A stretch of DNA of 64,000 nucleotides from assembly GCA_031425615.1 (NCBI GenBank), contig JANPJR010000030.1, positions 146,492-210,491 on the forward strand, given 5' to 3'. The position numbers and the translations under genes are program-made. The DNA is from Cytophagales bacterium. GTDB lineage: Bacteria; Bacteroidota; Bacteroidia; Cytophagales; Microscillaceae. Below the pieces are notes generated by a model. It was not told where the DNA came from, made no database searches, and saw nothing but the letters and a program-made list of their open reading frames with translations. This document shows positions 57,779 through 64,000 of the stretch, piece after piece (the first letter of the stretch is position 1; every line of letters begins with the position of its first letter).

Positions 57779-58285
57779 ATGAAAAAAATTGTATTTTCTA
57801 TCATCGCATTACTTGCATTCTGTATGGTTGCTTGCAATGCTACTTCTGACAACAGCAAAGAACTTGCAAAACTTCAAGAAGAACATGACACTTGGCACAA
57901 AGAACATGACGTTTGGACAAAAGAACATGAAGAAATGGAAGCGTCTTACAAAAAAACTGACGAAGCTTTCCGCAAACTTGTAAAAGATACCAACAGCGAA
58001 GCATACAAAGAATATGCTGAAATTGCAAAAGAACACGATGCAAATTCAGAATTTCACAGTGGTATGATGCAAAATCATAGCAATTTGCTTGATGAACACA
58101 CAAAAGCAGTGGAAGAATACAAAAAAACAACTGACGAAAAAGCAAAAAAAGAATTTGAAGAAAGACACAAAAAAATGCTTGACGAACACAAAAAAGGTGG
58201 AGAAGAGCATAATAAAATGAAACAAAAACAGATGGATTTTGACAAAAAACAAAAAGCTATTCTTGCTAAAGTAGAGAAAAAATAA
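57779..58285 (+). CDS. Histidine-rich coiled-coil lipoprotein, paralog of 1074-1613
   Basis: Lipobox (MVAC). KEHD / EHxxW / DEHTK repeats. Composition and length match the first copy. A 730-bp AT-rich leader region lies upstream. Confidence 0.7.
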   Translation: MKKIVFSIIALLAFCMVACNATSDNSKELAKLQEEHDTWHKEHDVWTKEHEEMEASYKKTDEAFRKLVKDTNSEAYKEYAEIAKEHDANSEFHSGMMQNHSNLLDEHTKAVEEYKKTTDEKAKKEFEERHKKMLDEHKKGGEEHNKMKQKQMDFDKKQKAILAKVEKK

Positions 58286-58294
58286 TTTCTTATT

Positions 58295-58315
58295 TAGCCC
58301 CCTAAACCCAAAGGG
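58295..58315 (+). repeat. REP-like element (TAGCCCCCTAAACCCAAAGGG). Probable terminator.
   Basis: 9 bp after the lipoprotein stop. Confidence 0.6.
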
Positions 58316-58448
58316 AAACAAGCTATTTATGTTAAGTTTTTATAAAAATTGTGGCGTAAAATGTACCTCAAAATTAACTTTTCATAATATGGATAAATAG
58401 ATACACCTTTTTCTAATTAGTTTTTTCAAAAAACCTCATAAAAAAACC

Positions 58449-58474
58449 TCATAGCAATATGAGGTTTTTTTTGT
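58449..58474. terminator. Bidirectional terminator hairpin (cctcata-gcaa-tatgagg plus T8)
   Basis: Seen directly, between convergent genes 57779-58285 (+) and infC (-). Confidence 0.65.
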
Positions 58475-58510
58475 TTGATGATATTATAAATGTAAAATCA
58501 TTTTATAAAA

Positions 58511-58533
58511 TTGATAACTGAAAAAACTGAGCG
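58511..58533 (+). repeat. GATAACTGAAAAAACTGA motif
   Basis: ttgataactgaaaaaactgagcg, abutting the infC stop. Confidence 0.5.
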
Positions 58534-58534
58534 T

Positions 58535-59290
58535 TTAGATTTTGTTTATATCAAAATCTTCTGAATTTTCAGAGATTTTTTTCTTTTTCTTTTTAGGATA
58601 TTTTTCGTTTTCTGCTTCCATTTCGTTTTCTTCTTCTGATGCTTTACCTGTTTCCTTTTCTACTTGTTTTTCTATTTTTTGTTTTTCTGCTTTTTCTTTT
58701 TCACGTTCATCTTTTTCTTTTTTGCTAAGGGCAGATGCTTTTGGATTGATATAGATAAACATACGTTTTCCTTCAAGTAGAGGCATTTGTTCTACTTTTC
58801 CTACTTCTTCCAGTTGTTGGGCAAAGCTAAGGAGTAGTTTTTCGCCACGTTCTTTGTACACGATAGCACGCCCTACAAACTGCACATAAGCACGTACTTT
58901 TGCACCTTCTTGCAAGAAATTTTTTGCATGATTGAGTTTAAACTCAAAATCATGTTCGTCTGTATTAGGACCAAAACGAATTTCTTTTACAACAGCTTTT
59001 TGGGCGTTTGCTTTACTTTCTTTGGTTTTTCTCTTTTGTTCATATTTGAACTTAGAGTAATCAATAATTTTGCAAACAGGTGGCTCTGCCTTTGGGGAGA
59101 TTTCCACCAAATCAAGTTGTTGTTCTTTGGCAAACGTAATAGCTTGTTGCACTGTATAAACGCCTTGCGTTACATTTTCGCCTACAAGTCGCACTTCTGG
59201 GACTTTGATGTGTTGGTTGATGCGATAGGGTTCTTCTTGTCGCCCTCTGTTATCGCGTCTGTTGTTGTTTCTTTGGTTGTTGTTATTCAA
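58535..59290 (-). CDS. infC: Translation initiation factor IF-3 with an N-rich N-terminal and a K/E-rich C-terminal extension
   Basis: Core ...[53 protein letters not shown]... plus the C-domain [31 protein letters not shown] is canonical IF-3. The start codon is uncertain (IF-3 often uses AUU/AUA). Confidence 0.88.
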   Translation of the reverse strand: MNNNNQRNNNRRDNRGRQEEPYRINQHIKVPEVRLVGENVTQGVYTVQQAITFAKEQQLDLVEISPKAEPPVCKIIDYSKFKYEQKRKTKESKANAQKAVVKEIRFGPNTDEHDFEFKLNHAKNFLQEGAKVRAYVQFVGRAIVYKERGEKLLLSFAQQLEEVGKVEQMPLLEGKRMFIYINPKASALSKKEKDEREKEKAEKQKIEKQVEKETGKASEEENEMEAENEKYPKKKKKKISENSEDFDINKI

Positions 59291-59672
59291 GCGATTTTAA
59301 GAAAAATAAAAAATATGACAATTATAAATGAATATTGCGTATTAAAATATTTGCTGACAAATACTTTGCACATTTACTTTTAGACGCAAAAATAAGATTA
59401 AAAAATATAATTTATGCAATTTTTTTTGTATAATTTTTTTGTTTTTTTTCAAAAAAAATTAATTACAACTTTTATGCTGACTAACTTGCATAAATTTACA
59501 TGTAGATTTAGTTATTTTTGTAACTTATTTTGTAACTACTTTTATGGTTATTTTTGTGTTTGAACTTTGTAGGTGTATGTTGTTGTTTATTTTAAAGTTA
59601 TCTGTTTTTTAGTAGTCAGTTCTTTAAGTAAAACAACCAAAATACACCAAATAAAATTTGTAAAAAAACTGA

Positions 59673-59722
59673 ATACTGAAAAAACCTTATAACTTAAAAA
59701 CTGATAACTTGGATTAAATATA
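59673..59722 (+). repeat. ACTGAATACTGAAAAAAC...AACTGATAACT motif array upstream of mnmA
   Basis: aaaaaactgaatactgaaaaaaccttataacttaaaaactgataacttgg. Confidence 0.55.
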
Positions 59723-60858
59723 TGAGCAAAAAAGGACGTGTATTAGTGGCAATGAGTGGTGGAATAGACAGTTCTCTCGCTGCAGTATTGCTACATGAAC
59801 AAGGATATGAAGTGGTGGGTATGACCATGAAAACGTGGGACTATGCTTCTTCTGGTGGTACAAAAAAAGAAACTGGGTGTTGTAGTTTGGATTCTATCAA
59901 TGATGCAAGACATGTGGCAGTGCAACTTGGGTTTCCGCATTATATTTTAGATATTAGAAATGAATTTGGTGATTATGTGATTGACCATTTTACCAATGAA
60001 TATATCGCAGGACGCACCCCAAACCCTTGTGTGTTGTGTAATACACACATAAAATGGGACGCATTGTTGCAAAGAGCAGACAAATTACATTGCGATTTTA
60101 TTGCAACAGGACATTATGCACAAGTGCGTTATGAAAATGGAAGATATATCATTTCAAAAGGTTTGGACGAAAACAAAGACCAATCTTATGCACTTTGGGG
60201 CGTGTCGCAACAAAGCCTTAGCAGGACAATTTTTCCATTGGGAAAACTCCACAAAACCGAAATATATGAAATGGCTACGCAAAAGGGTTTTATGGAACTC
60301 GTAAATAAACCTGAATCCTATGAAATATGTTTTGTGCCTGACAATGATTATAGAGGTTTTCTCAAAAAACGTGTGCCTACCTTAGAAGAATCTGTAAAAG
60401 GTGGCGAATTTGTGTTGGAAGATGGTACGGTGGTTGGTACGCATGAAGGCTATCCTTTTTATACGATAGGACAACGCAAAGGCTTGGGTATTGCCTTGGG
60501 GTATCCTGTGTTTGTAACAGGCATTGACCGCAAAAATAACAGAGTTGTGCTTGGACACAAACATCATTTGGCAAAAAATGCTATGCGTGTGCATCAATTA
60601 AACCTTTCCAAATATGAAAATGTATTTAATCCTTTGGAAACTATTACCAAAGTACGTTACAATGATGATGGCACACCCGCAAAACTTTGGCAAAAAGATG
60701 ACGAAATTATTGTGCATTTTCACGAACCTGTTTTTGCTATTGCACCAGGACAAGCCTCTGTTTTTTATGAAGGCAATGATGTAATTGGTGGTGGCTGGAT
60801 TACGGAAAGTTTTGATGTGGAGAATTCAGTCATCAGCAATTCAGCAGTCAATTATTAG
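59722..60858 (+). CDS. mnmA: tRNA-specific 2-thiouridylase MnmA
   Basis: VLVAMSGGIDSS PP-loop. CCSLDSINDAR. Catalytic Cys residues (NPCVLCN). Confidence 0.95.
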   Translation: MSKKGRVLVAMSGGIDSSLAAVLLHEQGYEVVGMTMKTWDYASSGGTKKETGCCSLDSINDARHVAVQLGFPHYILDIRNEFGDYVIDHFTNEYIAGRTPNPCVLCNTHIKWDALLQRADKLHCDFIATGHYAQVRYENGRYIISKGLDENKDQSYALWGVSQQSLSRTIFPLGKLHKTEIYEMATQKGFMELVNKPESYEICFVPDNDYRGFLKKRVPTLEESVKGGEFVLEDGTVVGTHEGYPFYTIGQRKGLGIALGYPVFVTGIDRKNNRVVLGHKHHLAKNAMRVHQLNLSKYENVFNPLETITKVRYNDDGTPAKLWQKDDEIIVHFHEPVFAIAPGQASVFYEGNDVIGGGWITESFDVENSVISNSAVNY

Positions 60859-60949
60859 TTTTTTAGAAAAAAACTTTAAATTTTATGTTTTTTTTAAGCA
60901 AAAAAATAATTTATTGTTATTGTTTTTACTATACGAATTTACGAAAACC

Positions 60950-60981
60950 AACAACTAAAAAACTGACAACTGATAACTTGC
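60950..60981 (+). repeat. AACTGACAACTGATAACT motif array
   Basis: acaactaaaaaactgacaactgataacttgc. Confidence 0.6.
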
Positions 60982-61610
60982 TTTATTTTTATTAAAAATT
61001 GTATTTTTTTAAGAAACTAAAAAAGAGCGTTTTTTTATACTAATATAAAAAAACACTCTTTTTTTAATTTTTTCAAAATTTTCTTCTGAAATTTTAATTT
61101 TTGCCTATTGTCATTTGTTTGTACAAGTATCTCCAAAAAACACGGTTTTTTGACTATTTTTTGCCCCTAAATCTCCAAAATGGACTTTAAATATGATATT
61201 TTTTTGTATTTGTTCCTTATTTAAAATTTGGGCAATTTTTTATTTTTTGATGCGATTACGCATTACGTTTCAAGTGGGAAGCCTGTGCTACAAATAGACC
61301 TGCAATAAATACCAACAAAATAGCGACTAACATAATAAATTTTTGAGTTTTGAATAAGGTTTGTCATAAACTCTATGCAAAGATACGCATGTTCTAATAG
61401 GTTGTTGCATTTCAGTAGAAAATTTCACAAAAACTTAACATGAATTTTCAAAAAATTGTATTATTCCGATATAAAGTATTATTTGAAAATGAAAAAATGA
61501 TTTTGATAAAATTAAAAAATTAGGTTTTTTACAAAAACTAAAAAAATTAAAATAACCAATTTCTTTATTTTTTGGATATTTTTGCAAAAGTTAAAAAAAT
61601 CTTGATTTTA

Positions 61611-61690
61611 ATTTATTCTTAATTTATTCCCATAATCCTTAATTCCCAATTTTAATTTATTCCTAATTCTTAATTCCTAATTTAAAAAGA
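61611..61690 (+). repeat. TAATTCC(T/C) / TAATTTATTCC degenerate tandem array upstream of the peroxiredoxin gene
   Basis: taatttattcccataatccttaattcccaattttaatttattcctaattcttaattcctaattt. Confidence 0.6.
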
Positions 61691-62265
61691 TGAGTTTAAT
61701 CCTAAAAAAAGCCCCACATTTTTCAGCACCTGCATTGATAGAAGGTCAAATCTTTCAAGATTTTTCATTGGAACAATATTTAGACAGCAAATATGTTGTA
61801 TTGTTTTTTTATCCAAAAGATTTCTCGGGTGTGTGTCCAACTGAATTTTGGGCATTTCAAGAGCGTTTAAAAGATTTTTCAGACAGAGATGCGGTTGTGA
61901 TTGGTTGTTCTACCGACAGTGACGAATGTCATAAAGCATGGCTAAATACGCCAAGAGCCAATAATGGCATTGAAGGCATTACATTTCCTTTGGTGGCTGA
62001 TATGGCTAAAACAATTGCTATCAACTATGGCGTTTTGGGTGGTGATTATACCTACGACGACGAAGGAAAAACAACCTTTGAAGGCTCGCCTATTTGTTTG
62101 CGTGGCACTTTTATTATTGATAAAAAAGGCGTTGTTATGTATGAAAGCATGAATTTTTATACGATTGCACGCGATATTGACGCAGTTTTGAGGGAATTGG
62201 ACGCAATCCAAAATTTTCAAATTAATGGCAATCTTTGCCTTGCAAACTGGAAAAAAAGTAAATAA
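61690..62265 (+). CDS. Peroxiredoxin (AhpC/TSA family, Prx)
   Basis: VVLFFYPKDFSGVCPTEF has the peroxidatic Cys in the thioredoxin fold. Confidence 0.92.
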   Translation: MSLILKKAPHFSAPALIEGQIFQDFSLEQYLDSKYVVLFFYPKDFSGVCPTEFWAFQERLKDFSDRDAVVIGCSTDSDECHKAWLNTPRANNGIEGITFPLVADMAKTIAINYGVLGGDYTYDDEGKTTFEGSPICLRGTFIIDKKGVVMYESMNFYTIARDIDAVLRELDAIQNFQINGNLCLANWKKSK

Positions 62266-62280
62266 CAGTTGTCAATAGCC

Positions 62281-62375
62281 AGTTTTTTCAGTAGTCACTA
62301 AAAACACTTAACTGAAAAAACTGAGTACTGAAAAAACTAAATTAACCAATTACTGAAAAAACTAAATTAACTAAA
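62281..62375 (+). repeat. ACTGAAAAAACTGAGTACTGAAAAAACTAAATTAAC degenerate tandem array
   Basis: Seen directly between the peroxiredoxin and fahA genes. Confidence 0.6.
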
Positions 62376-62381
62376 AAAACT

Positions 62382-63638
62382 ATGTTTAAAAGTTGGCTAC
62401 ACATTGCCCCAAATTCTGATTTTTCAATTTATAATTTGCCTTATGGTATTTTTTCTACCCAAAAACTTTCCAAACGCATAGGAATCGCATTGGGTGATTA
62501 TGTGATAGATGTGTATAAATTGTTAGAATTAGGATTTTTGAAAGGATTTTCCTTAGATAAGAATATTTTTCTGAATGATTTTATCAATGATTTTATGGCA
62601 TTGGGAAAAGAAATTACAAATCCTTTTCGTGAAAAAATCCAAAAATTATTTTTAGAAAATAATTCTGCAGAAAGTTTAGATTTCCAAGCAAAACAACATG
62701 AATTTTTGCACCTCCAACAAGATGTTACATTACATTTGCCTATTAAAATAGGCGATTATACTGATTTTTATTCCAGTAGAGAACACGCTACAAATGTAGG
62801 TACAATGTTTCGTGACCCAAATAATGCCCTACTACCAAATTGGTTGCATTTACCTGTAGCGTATCATGGGCGTTCTTCGTCTATTGTATTGTCAGGCACA
62901 GATATTTATCGCCCAAAAGGACAAACAAAAGCCCAAGACGCAGAAAAGCCAACATTTAATCCTACAGGGTTGATGGATTTTGAGTTAGAAATGGCATTTG
63001 TTATAGGCAAAAGTAATGAATTGGGCGAAAATATCAGCGTAGAAAATGCAGAAAATCATATTTTTGGTATGCTTATTTTCAATGATTGGTCTGCAAGGGA
63101 TATTCAAACATGGGAATATCAACCTTTGGGTCCCTTTTTGGCAAAAAACTTTGCATCTGCACTTTCGCCTTGGGTGGTTACATTGGAGGCGTTGGCACAT
63201 TTTAGAACTACTTCGCCAACACCCGAAAAACCGCTTTTGCCTTATTTGCAATCAACAGGCGAAAAAACTTTTGATATTCAATTAGAAGTATTTATTAAAC
63301 CAAAAAATTCGGAAGAAAATTTGGTTTGCATTTCCAATTTTAAGGATTTGTATTGGAATATAAGCCAACAACTTGCACATCATACGGTAAATGGTTGCAA
63401 TATGCAAATAGGCGACCTCTGTGCCTCAGGCACGATAAGCGGAAAAGCAGAAAATTCGTATGGTTCTATGCTTGAACTCACTTGGCGAGGCACTAAACCT
63501 CTCAAAATGAGCAATGGCGAAGAACGCAAATTTATCCATGACCACGACACTGTTATAATGCGTGCTTTTGCACAAAAAGGCGATATACGTGTAGGTTTTG
63601 GCGAAGTATTAAATAAGGTTTTGCCTGCAAAATTGTAA
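62382..63638 (+). CDS. fahA: Fumarylacetoacetase
   Basis: 418 aa. The N-terminal SH3-like segment (NLPYGIFS) plus the FAH fold motifs (...MAFVIGK...IFGMLIFNDWSARDIQ...). Confidence 0.92.
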   Translation: MFKSWLHIAPNSDFSIYNLPYGIFSTQKLSKRIGIALGDYVIDVYKLLELGFLKGFSLDKNIFLNDFINDFMALGKEITNPFREKIQKLFLENNSAESLDFQAKQHEFLHLQQDVTLHLPIKIGDYTDFYSSREHATNVGTMFRDPNNALLPNWLHLPVAYHGRSSSIVLSGTDIYRPKGQTKAQDAEKPTFNPTGLMDFELEMAFVIGKSNELGENISVENAENHIFGMLIFNDWSARDIQTWEYQPLGPFLAKNFASALSPWVVTLEALAHFRTTSPTPEKPLLPYLQSTGEKTFDIQLEVFIKPKNSEENLVCISNFKDLYWNISQQLAHHTVNGCNMQIGDLCASGTISGKAENSYGSMLELTWRGTKPLKMSNGEERKFIHDHDTVIMRAFAQKGDIRVGFGEVLNKVLPAKL

Positions 63639-63682
63639 AAAAATTGTACCTGTTTAGATTGGTTATAAATGATATATAGGTG

Positions 63683-63706
63683 TAGGGCTTGCTCCTGCCC
63701 TTTTTG
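63683..63706 (+). terminator. Terminator-like hairpin (agggc-ttgctcct-gccct plus T5)
   Basis: Seen directly, about 45 bp after fahA. Confidence 0.5.
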
Positions 63707-64000
63707 GTTGATTTTTAGTTAGTTTTCCCAACGATTGGGCAAGTCCTTCACCTACGTTTTTCTGAAACGATTATTATTTGTAGATTTTACACCTAAATAG
63801 TGGTATTTTTTTATTTTTTGGGAATTTACACAAAACACCAAAAATATAGGACAAGGGCTTGCCCATTCCGAGCCAAGAACACCGAAAATTTGCGGATTTT
63901 TGTTTGTCAATGATAAGGTAACGCTTGTGTAGGCTTATAAACTGACATAAGACAGAGATTTGATTTCCCTCATTAAAAAAATAATCTGTACCCATTTAAA

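Noticed and set aside
11180-62375. Tandem arrays considered as CRISPR arrays
   Set aside because: Repeat units are only 7 to 11 bp with no unique spacers of regular length. There are no 25-40 bp direct repeats and no cas genes.
1-64000. Searched for tRNA/rRNA genes, transposase or integrase genes, and phage genes
   Set aside because: No T-loop GTTCGA-type or cloverleaf-sized GC-rich segments were seen in the intergenic regions. No ORF has DDE transposase, tyrosine recombinase or phage structural motifs. A by-eye scan cannot fully exclude small RNAs.

Overview
This is a 64-kb AT-rich segment (roughly 30% GC by eye) that looks like a Bacteroidota chromosome. The evidence is the gene content: type-III glutamine synthetase, a MurF-Alr fusion, an imelysin plus a DUF1111 di-haem enzyme, OmpA-domain surface proteins, a Reg_prop sensor, and a LytTR regulator. 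About 50 protein-coding genes are supported, and most are housekeeping. I found no rRNA, tRNA, CRISPR array, transposase or integrase.

The unusual part is the non-coding space, which is packed with repeats:
- A REP-like dispersed hairpin element, AGCCCC(C)TAA(A/C)CCCAAAGGGG, with at least 14 copies, often as inverted pairs at gene ends, and once written into a coding C-terminus.
- A ~275-bp MITE-like element with perfect 14-bp terminal inverted repeats and 9-bp target-site duplications. There are two clean copies and one degenerate copy.
- A 152-bp segment flanked by 23-bp inverted repeats upstream of a His-rich lipoprotein gene that has a paralog elsewhere in the window. This is a candidate invertible promoter.
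- Several families of short tandem oligomer arrays (TTGAACCTT, AACTGACAACT / ACTGAAAAAACTGA, ATTATGGATTATAGATT, TAATTGT, TAATTCC) that sit at gene boundaries and sometimes run into the coding ends.

Conserved operons appear broken up: infC, the transketolase C-subunit, exbB and parA are each without their usual partners. This is consistent with repeat-driven rearrangement.

CDS coordinates follow the supplied ORF track, with starts adjusted where noted. Coordinates for non-coding features were counted by hand and may be off by a few bases.
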